Shown here piece by piece: positions 1-8,464 of a stretch of 64,000 bases of DNA. Position numbers and translations under genes: made by a program. Every line of letters begins with the position of its first letter. Position 1 is the first letter of the stretch. This DNA is from Candidatus Limnocylindria bacterium (GTDB lineage Bacteria > Chloroflexota > Limnocylindria > P2-11E). The notes below the pieces were generated by a model. The model did no database searches. It was not told the origin of the DNA and saw only the letters and a program-made list of their open reading frames with translations. The DNA is taken from positions 11,363 through 75,362 of the forward strand of contig DATCOD010000077.1 in NCBI GenBank assembly GCA_036564905.1. The letters run 5' to 3'.

Positions 1-417
1 CGCGTCGGCGAACGGTCCGGCGTAGGCCTTGTCCTGGAGCAGCCGCACCGTGTACAGCACGTCATCGGCGGTGACCGGGGCCCCATCCTGCCAATTCGCG
101 TCGGGCCTGATGCTGAAGGTCCAGACCTTCCCATTGAGATCGACCTCGTAGGTCGAGGCGAGATCAGCGACGATCGTGCCGTCGCGATCGATCCGCATGA
201 GGCCACTGAACACGAGACGTGAGACGTCCTGATCGACGTTCGTCGCGGCGATGATCGGATCGAAGTACAGCGGCGAGCCGGCCACGCCTTCGACGTAGGT
301 ACCGCCGAACGCGGGATCGGTCGGCAGGTCGGTCCGGTCGGTCGCGATCGCGACGACGGAGGTGACGGCGAGGAGGCCGACCAAGGCGATGACGACGAGC
401 TTGTCGCGGCCGGTCAC
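1..417 (-). CDS. ABC transporter substrate-binding protein, family 5 (peptide/nickel type). Only the N-terminal part is in the window; the gene runs off the window start.
   Basis: Minus-strand translation from GTG at ~417 gives VTGRDKLVVIALVGLLAVTSVVAIATDRTDLPTDPAFGGTYVEGVAGSPLYFDPIIAATNVDQDVSRLVFSGLMRIDRDGTIVADLASTYEVDLNGKVWTFSIRPDANWQDGAPVTADDVLYTVRLL. This is a signal/TM segment followed by the conserved SBP_bac_5 N-terminal pattern. An in-frame TGA sits just upstream of the GTG. Confidence 0.7.
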   Translation of the reverse strand, partial: MTGRDKLVVIALVGLLAVTSVVAIATDRTDLPTDPAFGGTYVEGVAGSPLYFDPIIAATNVDQDVSRLVFSGLMRIDRDGTIVADLASTYEVDLNGKVWTFSIRPDANWQDGAPVTADDVLYTVRLLQDKAYAGPFADA

Positions 418-455
418 GGCTCAGCTCGCCCGATGGGCCGGGCCGGCGGGATCGC

Positions 456-683
456 TCAGGCGGCGGGCGACGTGGTCCGCGCGCCGACCAGCGAGATCAG
501 GATGAACACGGCGACCAGCACGATCGTCAGGCGGAACAGCGTGCGTTCGATGCCGCGGCGGCTGCGGTACGCCGTCGACTCACCGCCGAACGTCGACGAG
601 AGCCCGGTCCCCCGCGCCTGCAGGAGGATCGATGTCGCGACGGCGACCGCGATGAGCAACTGTGAGACCTGAAGGAGATCCAT
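456..683 (-). CDS. secG: preprotein translocase subunit SecG
   Basis: The 75-aa product MDLLQVSQLLIAVAVATSILLQARGTGLSSTFGGESTAYRSRRGIERTLFRLTIVLVAVFILISLVGA matches the SecG pattern (LLQ.G.G..S.FGG ... R.T..LA..F...SL). Its position downstream of the tpiA block is the classical tpiA-secG neighbourhood. Confidence 0.8.
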   Translation of the reverse strand: MDLLQVSQLLIAVAVATSILLQARGTGLSSTFGGESTAYRSRRGIERTLFRLTIVLVAVFILISLVGARTTSPAA

Positions 684-705
684 CGGGAGATCAGAGTGTA
701 CCCGT

Positions 706-2085
706 TCAGCGCGGGCGATAGATGAACAAGCCGCCGGGTGCGCGCGACACGAGCCGGTAGCGCAGGTCGATCGCCCGCACGAGCGACGGTTCCCACCGCG
801 AGCGCTCGAATGCCGGCGCCGCGTTCAGCTGGCCGAGATCGACCTCGGCCACGATCGCGGTGAAGCGGGCACCGCCGACGTCGGCGAGGAGCGGCCCCGG
901 ATCGACCGCGCCGCTTTCCACGAGCCGGCTCCAGAGGAACAGGTCGTCCACGACGACGCGGTGCCCCGTCGCCAGGAGGAGCCCGCTGTCCTCGGCGAGC
1001 ACGACCGAATCACTCGCGAGGACGATCTCCGCCGATGTGATGCGCGACGGGTCGGCCCACGCACCGGAGGTCGCGGTGCGTCCCGGCACGAACCCGAGCG
1101 GATCGAGGATGAGCGCCGCGACCGCGAGGTTGAGGGTCGCGACGATCGGGTAGAACGGCGCGCGGGCGAGCCGCGGCGCGACCGATGCGAGGACGAGCGC
1201 GCCGGCGGCGGCCAGATCGAGGAGGTAGTTGATGGTCGCACCCTCACGGCCTCCGAGGCCGACGATCACGAGCGCCGCCACCGCGTACGCGGCGACCGGA
1301 CCGGAGAAGCCGCGCGATACGACCGTGGCGCCGAGCAGCGCCGCAAGGATGACGACACCGAGGAACGCGAGGAGGAAGGCCGATCCGAGGCTCCAGGGGA
1401 GCGCGTTCCACTCGACGACGTGCCGCCAAAGATCCGGATATCCGAACGGCACCAGCGCGACCGCGGCCACAAGCAGAGCGATCGCGCCAGTCACGGCGAA
1501 CGGGCGCAGCAGCGCACGGTCACGCCAGGCGATCCACGCGAGGAGCGCGATCGCCGGCACGAGCGCGGTCGGCTTGGTGGCCATGGCGAGGACGAGCAAC
1601 CCGGCCGCGAGGCCGACACGGCGACGATCGAGTGCCTGCACTCCGGCGACCGTCAACGCGAGCGCGACGAGATCGGGTTTCACCGCCGGGCCCCAGATCG
1701 CGACCGGGGCCAGCGCGAGCCAGCCGAGCCCGAGCGCACCCGCCACGAGCGGTCCGCCGCCACGAGCCCGCCACACAAGGAGCGCCGCGATGCCGACCGT
1801 CGCGATGACGCTCAGCGCGCGTCCGGTGACGAACGGGTCGCCCACCGACGCGAGGAGGAAGTACACCGGCGGGTAGTTCGCCGCGGTGAACGTCGCGCCG
1901 CCCGCATCGGCGTACGGCGCGAGGGTCCGCATCAGGATCGCGGCGTGCGCCACCGCGCCCTCGCCGTACAGGACCGGCCCGACGGATACGAGGGCCTGCC
2001 CCCATCGCAGGACCGCGAACAGCACCATCATCCCCGCGACCGCCGCATACGCGAGCCAGGCTCCGCGCGCGACGCGCGCCGTCAT
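706..2085 (-). CDS. polytopic integral membrane protein, GT-C-like glycosyltransferase (DUF2029/PMT-like mannosyltransferase family candidate)
   Basis: The 459-aa ORF has >=10 predicted TM helices and a hydrophobic, Ala/Leu-rich composition. Its start overlaps the gpmI stop (ATGA). The functional call is by architecture only. Confidence 0.5.
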   Translation of the reverse strand: MTARVARGAWLAYAAVAGMMVLFAVLRWGQALVSVGPVLYGEGAVAHAAILMRTLAPYADAGGATFTAANYPPVYFLLASVGDPFVTGRALSVIATVGIAALLVWRARGGGPLVAGALGLGWLALAPVAIWGPAVKPDLVALALTVAGVQALDRRRVGLAAGLLVLAMATKPTALVPAIALLAWIAWRDRALLRPFAVTGAIALLVAAVALVPFGYPDLWRHVVEWNALPWSLGSAFLLAFLGVVILAALLGATVVSRGFSGPVAAYAVAALVIVGLGGREGATINYLLDLAAAGALVLASVAPRLARAPFYPIVATLNLAVAALILDPLGFVPGRTATSGAWADPSRITSAEIVLASDSVVLAEDSGLLLATGHRVVVDDLFLWSRLVESGAVDPGPLLADVGGARFTAIVAEVDLGQLNAAPAFERSRWEPSLVRAIDLRYRLVSRAPGGLFIYRPR

Positions 2086-3590
2086 CGCCGGCCGAACAGC
2101 GAGCGTCCGGTCATGCGATCCGGAACGGGGATCCCGAGCAGGTCCAGGAGCGTCGGTGCGACGTCCGAGAGCTCGCCGTTGCGGAGGGTCCGGCCACCCC
2201 GATCATTCGAGACGAACGCGACCGGCACGGGGTTCGTGGTGTGTTGGGTGCTCACGCTGCCGTCGGCGAACCGCAGCTCCTCGACGTTGCCGTGATCCGC
2301 GGTGAGCAACATGCAGCCACCCGCTTCGAGCGTCGCGTCCACCACCGCGCCGACGGCGGCGTCCGTCGTCTCCATCGCGCGCACGGCCGCCTCGATCACG
2401 CCGGTGTGGCCCACCATGTCGGGGTTCGCGAAGTTGACGATGACGAAGTCATATTTCCCCGACCGGATGGCCTCGACCAGCTTCGTCGCCACCTGCGCGG
2501 CGCTCATCTCGGGCGCCTGGTCGTACGTCCGCACCTTCGGTGACGGCACGAGCACGCGGTCCTCCCCACGGAACGGCTCCTCGCGCCCGCCATTGAAGAA
2601 GTACGTCACATGCGCGTACTTCTCGGTCTCGGCGATGTGGAGCTGCGTCAGTCCGTGGTCGGCGAGGACCTCGGCGATCGGGGTCACTTTCGCAGGCGGG
2701 AACGCGACGCGGACATCGGGCAGGTCCACCTGGTAGTCGGTCATGGTCACGAAGGTCAGATCGCGCGGCACGCGCGGCCGCACGAACCCGTCGAAACCCG
2801 GCCGCATGAGCGCCCAGGTGAGCTGGCGGGCACGGTCCGGTCGGAAGTTGAAGAAGATCACGGCGTCGCCGTCGGCCATGGGCCGGCCCGCCCCGACGAT
2901 GTGCGGTTCCAGCAGCTCGTCCTTGCAGTCGGCGGACCGGTAGCACTGGCGCAGCGCGTCCTCCGCGGTCGGCACGATCGGGCCCTCGGCATCCACGATC
3001 GCGCGATACGACCGCTCGGTGCGCTCCCACCGTTGGTCGCGATCCATGGCGTAGAACCGGCCGTGCACGGTCGCGATCGGCGCGGTGACCGCACCGATGA
3101 GCGGTAGGGCGCTCCGCGGGGGCATGTCGCGACCATCGAGGAACGCGTGGACCGCGACGTCGCCGACGCCTTCGCGCCTCGCGAGGTCGATGAGCGCGAC
3201 CAGATGCCGCATGTCGGCGTGCACGCCGCCGGTGGACAGCAGTCCCATGAGATGCAGGGTGTGCCCTCCGCGCGCCGCGGCGCAGGCGGCGCGGAGCGCG
3301 AGGTTGGCGAAGAAGGTGCCGTCGTCGATCGAACGGTCGATCGCGGCGAACGCCTGCGGGTCCGCGTACCCGGCGCCCATCGTGAGATGGCCGACCTCGC
3401 TGTTCCCCATGACGCCGGCCGGCAGCCCGACGGCCGTGCCGCTGGCGTCGAGCGTCGCGTGCGGGCATTCGCGCAGGATCGCGTCGAGCCGCGGCGTGTG
3501 CGCGCGCGTCGCGGCGTTGGCGGGTGAATCAGGCGCGACGCCCCAGCCGTCGAGAACGCAGAGCACCACCGGCCGGTAGGCCGCGGTCAA
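2082..3590 (-). CDS. gpmI: 2,3-bisphosphoglycerate-independent phosphoglycerate mutase
   Basis: Conserved iPGM motifs are present (RPVVLCVLDGWG, MGNSEVGHLTMGAGY, ADHGN). The 583-aa track ORF carries an Arg-rich N-terminal extension that overlaps tpiA. The likely true start is the TTG at ~3590, giving LTAAYRPVVL... and overlapping the tpiA stop (TTGA). Confidence 0.9.
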   Translation of the reverse strand: MTAAYRPVVLCVLDGWGVAPDSPANAATRAHTPRLDAILRECPHATLDASGTAVGLPAGVMGNSEVGHLTMGAGYADPQAFAAIDRSIDDGTFFANLALRAACAAARGGHTLHLMGLLSTGGVHADMRHLVALIDLARREGVGDVAVHAFLDGRDMPPRSALPLIGAVTAPIATVHGRFYAMDRDQRWERTERSYRAIVDAEGPIVPTAEDALRQCYRSADCKDELLEPHIVGAGRPMADGDAVIFFNFRPDRARQLTWALMRPGFDGFVRPRVPRDLTFVTMTDYQVDLPDVRVAFPPAKVTPIAEVLADHGLTQLHIAETEKYAHVTYFFNGGREEPFRGEDRVLVPSPKVRTYDQAPEMSAAQVATKLVEAIRSGKYDFVIVNFANPDMVGHTGVIEAAVRAMETTDAAVGAVVDATLEAGGCMLLTADHGNVEELRFADGSVSTQHTTNPVPVAFVSNDRGGRTLRNGELSDVAPTLLDLLGIPVPDRMTGRSLFGRR

Positions 3591-4336
3591 GAGGCGAACG
3601 CCCGCAGGATCGCGGCGAACTCGTCCGACCGGAGCGATGCGCCACCGACGAGCGCGCCGTCGATGCCGTCCGCTGCCGCGAACTCCGCGGCCGTCGTGGC
3701 CGCGACGCTGCCGCCATAGAGCACGCGGATCTCGTCGGCCGGCAGGCCGTGGACCCGCAACGCGGTGCGAATGGTGCGCACCGCGGCGCTTGCCTGCGCC
3801 CCGGTGGCCGGGCGGCCGGTGCCGATCGCCCACACGGGCTCATACGCCACGACGAATCGATCCGGCGTGACGCCGCGGACATCGTTCAGGTCGCGATCGA
3901 TCTGCCGCTTGAGGACGGTCTCGGTCTCGTCGGCCGCGAACTGCGCCTCGGTCTCGCCGACGCAGAGGATCGCCCGCAGCCCGGCGGCAAGGACGCGCCC
4001 GAGCTTCCGCGCGACGCGCGCGTCGTCGTCGCCCTGATCGCGACGGACCTCCGAGTGGCCGACGATCGCGCCGGACGCGAGACCCCGGAGCATCGACACG
4101 GAGAGCTGCCCGGTGTACGCACCCTTGTCCTCCCAGTGGACGTCCTGGGCGTACACGGCGACGCCGGTCCCACGGAGCACCTCTGCGACGCCGGCGATGG
4201 CGACCGCCGCCGGCGCGACGCCCAGCTCGACTCCCGCGTGGGGCAAGGCGCTGACGGTACGCGCGAGCGCGACCGCGTCGGCGATCGTCGCGGGATTCAT
4301 CTTCCAGTTGCCGATCACGAGGTGGTCGCGGGTCAT
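3587..4336 (-). CDS. tpiA: triosephosphate isomerase
   Basis: The internal ATG at 4336 gives MTRDHLVIGNWKMN... and a 250-aa TIM barrel carrying the GHSEVR motif. The upstream 106 codons of the track ORF are an Arg-rich artefact overlapping whiA. The ATG overlaps the whiA stop (ATGA). Confidence 0.95.
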   Translation of the reverse strand: MTRDHLVIGNWKMNPATIADAVALARTVSALPHAGVELGVAPAAVAIAGVAEVLRGTGVAVYAQDVHWEDKGAYTGQLSVSMLRGLASGAIVGHSEVRRDQGDDDARVARKLGRVLAAGLRAILCVGETEAQFAADETETVLKRQIDRDLNDVRGVTPDRFVVAYEPVWAIGTGRPATGAQASAAVRTIRTALRVHGLPADEIRVLYGGSVAATTAAEFAAADGIDGALVGGASLRSDEFAAILRAFAS

Positions 4337-5076
4337 GCGTCCGCTTCCTCCACGAGGCGCCGAAGCCGCGAGCGCACCACCCATTTGGTCGTGTCGAGCC
4401 GGCGGGCCAGGTCGTTCAGTGTCGCGGTCGGCGCCCGCAGGCGCGCGGACGCGGCCTCGCGCAGTGGGGCCGGCAGCCGCGCGAGACGCCCAGCCCGCGC
4501 GAGCACGCGGATCGCCTCGGTCTGCGCACGCGCCGCCGCGACCGTCCGCGCGAGGTTCGCGGACTCCGCGTTCACGAGAGCATTCGTCCGGCCGCGGACC
4601 TCCCGCGAGACCCGCCGGGCCTCGAATCGGAGCAGCGTCTCGCTCGCGCCGCACGCGCGGAGGTAGGAGGCGATGAGCTCCGCATCGCGGATCGTGAAGA
4701 CCAGCTGGCCGCGGCGAGACCGGATCGCCGGCCCGAAGCCCTCGCGCCCAAGGATCGACGCCGCGCGCCGCACCTCGCCGCGAGGCGGCCGGATCTCGAG
4801 GAGGTAGCCGGACGGCCCGGCGGACACGGAGCCGCCGGCGAGCACGAGGCCACGCAGATAGGTGCGCCGGCAGCAGGTCCGCCGGAACAGCGAGCCGGGA
4901 TCGAACTCCTCGGTCCGATGCGCGAGACGCCGCGCCGGCACTCCGAGGTGGCTCGCCCGGGGCAGGAGCTCCGCGAGCACTCGGGCATCGCAGGTCTTCA
5001 GCGGCAGGCGGGCGAGCTCGGCCTTCACCTCGTCGGAGAGCGGCGAGCGCTCGCGCGCGGTGACCCCGCGGGTCAT
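4333..5076 (-). CDS. whiA: sporulation/cell-division transcription regulator WhiA (DUF199)
   Basis: From the ATG at 5076, MTRGVTARERSPLSDEVKAELARLPLKTCDARVLAELL... is a WhiA LAGLIDADG-like domain plus a C-terminal HTH. It sits immediately downstream of rapZ with an ATGA overlap. Confidence 0.9.
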   Translation of the reverse strand: MTRGVTARERSPLSDEVKAELARLPLKTCDARVLAELLPRASHLGVPARRLAHRTEEFDPGSLFRRTCCRRTYLRGLVLAGGSVSAGPSGYLLEIRPPRGEVRRAASILGREGFGPAIRSRRGQLVFTIRDAELIASYLRACGASETLLRFEARRVSREVRGRTNALVNAESANLARTVAAARAQTEAIRVLARAGRLARLPAPLREAASARLRAPTATLNDLARRLDTTKWVVRSRLRRLVEEADA

Positions 5077-5945
5077 GTGCGCAGATCCGGCTTGTCGCGA
5101 TCGCGGTGCTCGACGACGACCTCGCCCTGCCACGATGCGCGAAGCCGCCTGGCCACCTCGTCGGCGATCGCGACGGAGCGGTGCCGGCCTCCGGTGCAAC
5201 CGAACGCGATCCCGAGGCGGGCTTTCTTCTCCTCCTCGTACCGGGGAAGGGCGAACTCGAGCAGCGGCATCAGCCGGTCGAGGAACGCGCGCGTCGCCGG
5301 ATGCCCGAGGACGAAGTCACGCACCGGCCCGTCGCTGCCGGACAGCGGGCGCAACGGCTCGATGTAGAACGGGTTCTCCATGAACCGCACGTCGAGCACG
5401 AGGTCCGCGCTGGGCGGGAGGCCGTACTTGTAGCCGAAGCTCACCAGCTGCACGAGCATGCCCGACGTCCCCTCGCCGTACAGCGAGTGCAGCGTGTCCC
5501 GCAGGTCCTTCACGGTGAGGTGGGTGGTATCGATCACCTTGTCCGCCCGTGCCCGCAGGTCCACCAGCAGCCGGCGCTCCTCTTCGATCGATGGCTGCAC
5601 GCCCAGGGTCGTCTCGAGCGGGTGGCGGTGCCGCGTCTCGCTGTAGCGGCGGATGAGCAGCTCGTCCGAGGCGTCGAAGAACAGGACGTGCGGACGGGTC
5701 CCGGCCGCGTCGAGGCGCTCGAGCTCGGCGGCCGCATCGGTGAACAGCGCGCCGCCGCGCGCGTCCACGACCATCGCGACGCGCGGATGGCCGCCCTTCC
5801 GCGCGACGTCGAGCGCCGAGGCCATGAGCGCGGGCGGAAGATTGTCGAGGATGAAGTAGCCGAGGTCTTCGAAGACCTTCGCGGCCTGCGACTTCCCCGC
5901 GCCGGACAGGCCGGTGACCACGATGAAGTCAGGGCGCGCGGTCAT
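5073..5945 (-). CDS. rapZ: RNase adapter protein RapZ (YvcJ, P-loop NTPase)
   Basis: MTARPDFIVVTGLSGAGKSQAAKVFEDLGYFILDNLPP... gives a Walker A motif and full-length UPF0042 similarity. Confidence 0.9.
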   Translation of the reverse strand: MTARPDFIVVTGLSGAGKSQAAKVFEDLGYFILDNLPPALMASALDVARKGGHPRVAMVVDARGGALFTDAAAELERLDAAGTRPHVLFFDASDELLIRRYSETRHRHPLETTLGVQPSIEEERRLLVDLRARADKVIDTTHLTVKDLRDTLHSLYGEGTSGMLVQLVSFGYKYGLPPSADLVLDVRFMENPFYIEPLRPLSGSDGPVRDFVLGHPATRAFLDRLMPLLEFALPRYEEEKKARLGIAFGCTGGRHRSVAIADEVARRLRASWQGEVVVEHRDRDKPDLRT

Positions 5946-5948
5946 GAC

Positions 5949-6323
5949 CTAATGCGGGATGATCCGCGAGGCGACGAACCCGACCAGCCCGACGACGATC
6001 GCGCCGATGATGGCGGTCAGGATGCCGTCGACCTGGAAGCCGAGGATCGGGATCGCCGACACGAGGAGGAGCATCAGCCCGGCCACGACGAGCTGGAACA
6101 GGCCGAGCGTCAGGCAGGTGATCGGCAGTGCGATCAACGAGATGATCGGCCGTACGAATGCGTTCACGACGCCGAGCACGAGCGCGGTGAGCGCGAGCGA
6201 GACCCACTGGTCCGCCTCGCCGTACCCGTAGGCGGCGTGGCCGTAGGAGATGCCGGGGATCAGCGCCGCGGCGACCGCGATGGCGATCGCGTTGATGAGC
6301 ACTCGGCCGAGCAATCCCACCAC
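5949..6323 (-). CDS. DUF360 / YvlD-type (phage holin family 4-like) small membrane protein
   Basis: The 124-aa product has 4 TM helices (MVGLLGRVLINAIAIAVAAALIPGISYG ... NAFVRPIISLIALPITCLTLGLFQLV...) and matches the PF04020 pattern. It starts at a GTG. Confidence 0.75.
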   Translation of the reverse strand: MVGLLGRVLINAIAIAVAAALIPGISYGHAAYGYGEADQWVSLALTALVLGVVNAFVRPIISLIALPITCLTLGLFQLVVAGLMLLLVSAIPILGFQVDGILTAIIGAIVVGLVGFVASRIIPH

Positions 6324-6712
6324 GTGATAGTAGGCGGCTCGTACTGGTTGACGGTGCCGAGCCGGCGGATCCGCCGGTCCGCGCGCCGATACGCCCAGAG
6401 CCCGACGGGGAACGTCACCGCCGTGCCGACCGCGAGGGCGACGTACTCGAGCACCGGATCGAAGAGCGGACGTGTTCCGAGAGCCTGCTGCCTCAGGATG
6501 TCCATCGCCTACGTCGTGGGCAGCGCGAACGCGATGGGCTGCAGGACACCGGGGAGGAAGGTCACCGGGAACGCGGCGCCCGAGGCGACACCGAACAGGA
6601 AGTTGGTCGTGTCGATGAAGAAGCTCGCTTCCTTGATCACGAGCACGAGCGCCGCGGGGACGGACGCGAGGCCGACCATCGCGACCGCGGGGCCAGCGTC
6701 ACTCGACGACGA
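6260..6712 (-). pseudogene. ABC-2 type transporter permease, C-terminal remnant. It is N-terminally truncated, carries an in-frame TAG and has a nonsense tail.
   Basis: One continuous frame reads ...MVGLASVPAALVLVIKEASFFIDTTNFLFGVASGAAFPVTFLPGVLQPIAFALPTT-TAG-AMDILRQQALGTRPLFDPVLEYVALAVGTAVTFPVGLWAYRRADRRIRRLG. This is the ABC-2 permease C-terminal signature (FP...LP.wlq.ia...PlTYa.dalR) with TAG in place of the conserved Tyr codon. The frame is closed by a TGA just upstream (6713-6715), so no N-terminal half is present. The tail after RRLG down to 6260 is not protein-like and overlaps the yvlD start. Confidence 0.55.
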
Positions 6713-7130
6713 TCATGACCCGATCCTGGCCGTCGGAGATGTCGACGATCGGACCGGCGTGCGAGATGTGCCGGAGCACGTCGTCCAGGTCGATGCCGAA
6801 CTTCGCCAGCTGCTCGCGCACGAGCCCGCTCGCGGCGATCTTCGTCTTTCCCATCCGCGCGATCCCAAGCGGGATCGCGATGTTCACCTTGGATTTGCCC
6901 GCGGAGGTGACCATGATCCGCAGCGTTCGGCGGCCGAGTCCCGGCGGGACCGGCGCGTCCGGCGGGAAGAGCGGCCGCTCGGGCCCCCAAGCGGTCCCGA
7001 GGCCCGGCCCCGGCGGAGGTCCCTTCTCGTCGACGTCACCGATGGCCTTCAGCAGCCGGTAGGCCTGATCGGCGTCGATCTTCCCCTCCGCCAGCAGCTT
7101 CAGGACCTGCTTCCCTTCCTCGGTCGGCAT
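6699..7130 (-). CDS. SHOCT-like domain protein with a beta-rich C-terminal domain, a partner of the toastrack protein
   Basis: The N-terminus (KQVLKLLAEGKIDADQAYRLLKAIG) is SHOCT-like, followed by a Pro/Gly linker and a beta-strand-rich C-terminus. The start overlaps the stop of the upstream DUF4097 gene by 1 nt. Confidence 0.6.
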   Translation of the reverse strand: MPTEEGKQVLKLLAEGKIDADQAYRLLKAIGDVDEKGPPPGPGLGTAWGPERPLFPPDAPVPPGLGRRTLRIMVTSAGKSKVNIAIPLGIARMGKTKIAASGLVREQLAKFGIDLDDVLRHISHAGPIVDISDGQDRVMIVVE

Positions 7131-8464
7131 CAGGCTTCGTGCCGCGCATCGAGGGCGGCGGCGGCGGCGGCCACGTCGACCTCGCCGCGAGCGACCCGTT
7201 CGAGCAGCTCGCGCACGTCCATCGCCTGCGCGGGCGGGCGAGGAGGCTCCATCGGCTCCGTCCGCTCGACGTCGGCCGGCTGGGCGGCCTCGGCGGCCAC
7301 CGTCGACGCGGGGGCCGTGCCGCCCGAGGCGCGGATCTCGAGGTCCCCGCTCATCGTCTTCACGGTCACCTTCGTCTCGGCCGCGCCGATGACGATGTGC
7401 TTGTCGCGGCGGCCGGTGAGGCTGATCTCGCCCTCCAGCTCGCTGTCCAGATCCCCGCTCATGCTGCTGAAGCGAACGTCGTAGGACCCGCCGGTCAACT
7501 CGAGCTCGATGTCGCCGCTGATCGTCTTCAGACGGTGCTCGCGAGCCTTATCGAGCTCACCGTCGATGCGGACGTCTCCGCTGACCGTGATGACATCGGA
7601 GCCGTGCAGACGCACGTTCCGAAAGGTGAGGTCGCCGCTGACCGTGTTCGCCACGAGCTGGCCCGCATACTCCGTGAGGATCCCGTCACCGCTCACGGTC
7701 TTCAGCCGGAGCGGTCCTTGCGTGTCGTCCAATCGCACATCCCCCGACACGCTCTGCACGTCCATGGGCCCCCGGCTACCGGTGAGCTCGACATCACCGC
7801 TCACGGTCTGTGCCTCGAGCTTGAGCTCGCGCGGCACCGCGATCTCGAAGTCGACCGCGACGCGGCCGCCACGGAACAGATCGGCCCAGCCGCGGTCCTG
7901 CTCGTAGAGGTGCGGCCTCACGGTGACATCGTCGCCGTCCTGCTCCATTCGGACCTCGACATTCTCGAGCAGACGCTTCGCCCGCTCTTCGCTCGTTCCC
8001 CGCACTCGCTTCCTGGCTTTCACGTGGATCTGGCCGTCGGTGCCCACGGTGATCTTCGTGTCGCCCGACACATTGCGGACGTGCAGGCTCGGCACCGCGC
8101 CGATCGCGAAGTCGCGTTCGACGATCTCGGAGTACTCGTCGCCGCCATCCGTGACGTCACCGAGATCGAAGTTGAAGCTCATCGACTCGCGGATGTTCCG
8201 GCCGATCTGGTGGCCGAGGTCGGTGGTGAAGCCGGAATGGACGCTCCTGCGGATCTCCTCGCGAAGGCTGCGGCGTTCTTCCCGCGCGTGCTCGCGTTCG
8301 TGACGGTGCCCTTCGCGCTCGGCGTCACGCTCGAGCTTGCGCGCGTCGCGCTCCTGCTGCCGTAGGTCACGCTCTTGCTGACGCATCTGGTAGTAGCGTT
8401 CGCGGGCCTGTTCGAATTCCTCCCGAGCCGTCCTGCGACGGGCCTCATCGCTCTCGTTGCTCAT
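7130..8464 (-). CDS. toastrack (DUF4097, YvlB/LiaG-like putative adhesin fold) protein with an N-terminal Arg/Glu-rich coiled coil and a C-terminal SHOCT-like segment
   Basis: The 444-aa product has reiterated V(S/T)GD(I/V) beta-strand repeats (VSGDTKITV, VSGDVELTG, VSGDVRLDD, VSGDGILTE, VSGDLTFRN, VSGDVRIDG, ISGDIELEL, MSGDLDSEL, MSGDLEIRA). The N-terminus is an EARRRTAREEFEQARERYYQMRQQERDLRQQERDARKLERDAEREGHRHEREHAREERR charged helix. The C-terminus is LLERVARGEVDVAAAAAALDA. Confidence 0.8.
   Translation of the reverse strand: MSNESDEARRRTAREEFEQARERYYQMRQQERDLRQQERDARKLERDAEREGHRHEREHAREERRSLREEIRRSVHSGFTTDLGHQIGRNIRESMSFNFDLGDVTDGGDEYSEIVERDFAIGAVPSLHVRNVSGDTKITVGTDGQIHVKARKRVRGTSEERAKRLLENVEVRMEQDGDDVTVRPHLYEQDRGWADLFRGGRVAVDFEIAVPRELKLEAQTVSGDVELTGSRGPMDVQSVSGDVRLDDTQGPLRLKTVSGDGILTEYAGQLVANTVSGDLTFRNVRLHGSDVITVSGDVRIDGELDKAREHRLKTISGDIELELTGGSYDVRFSSMSGDLDSELEGEISLTGRRDKHIVIGAAETKVTVKTMSGDLEIRASGGTAPASTVAAEAAQPADVERTEPMEPPRPPAQAMDVRELLERVARGEVDVAAAAAALDARHEA

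Noticed and set aside
433-796. Small ORFs 433-672 (+), 527-796 (-) overlapping secG
   Set aside because: The 456-683 minus frame is a clear SecG. The others are overlapping-frame artefacts.
2082-3833. 583-aa gpmI, 355-aa tpiA, 705-aa uvrC, 1097-aa polA, 877-aa ABC-F, 835-aa aminotransferase and 540-aa gatA as given by the longest ORFs
   Set aside because: In each case the N-terminal extension is Arg-rich junk overlapping the upstream gene. Internal starts placed exactly at the upstream gene's stop (ATGA/GTGA/TTGA overlaps) give proteins of canonical length with conserved N-termini.
6260-6505. 81-aa ORF overlapping the yvlD start, initially considered a small membrane protein gene
   Set aside because: Its N-terminal half is the in-frame continuation of the ABC-2 permease remnant after a TAG. 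Its C-terminal half is not protein-like and overlaps yvlD. It is therefore better explained as the tail of a pseudogene.
7128-7133. 1-nt numbering discrepancy between my reading of the sequence lines and the ORF track around the SHOCT/toastrack junction
   Set aside because: The flanking boundaries (6699 and 8464) agree with the track. I used track coordinates there. Features I placed by hand-counting may be off by +/-1 nt.
5106-7484. Very long ORFs antisense to real genes (for example 5106-7484 +, 792 aa; 15656-17599 -, 647 aa; 17875-20319 +, 814 aa; 40142-43129 +, 995 aa; 59465-62005 +, 846 aa; 961-2295 +, 444 aa)
   Set aside because: They are Arg/Gly/Pro/Asp-rich, low-complexity translations typical of the non-coding frames of ~70% GC DNA. 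Each lies opposite a gene with clear homology-grade motifs, and none has a recognisable domain.
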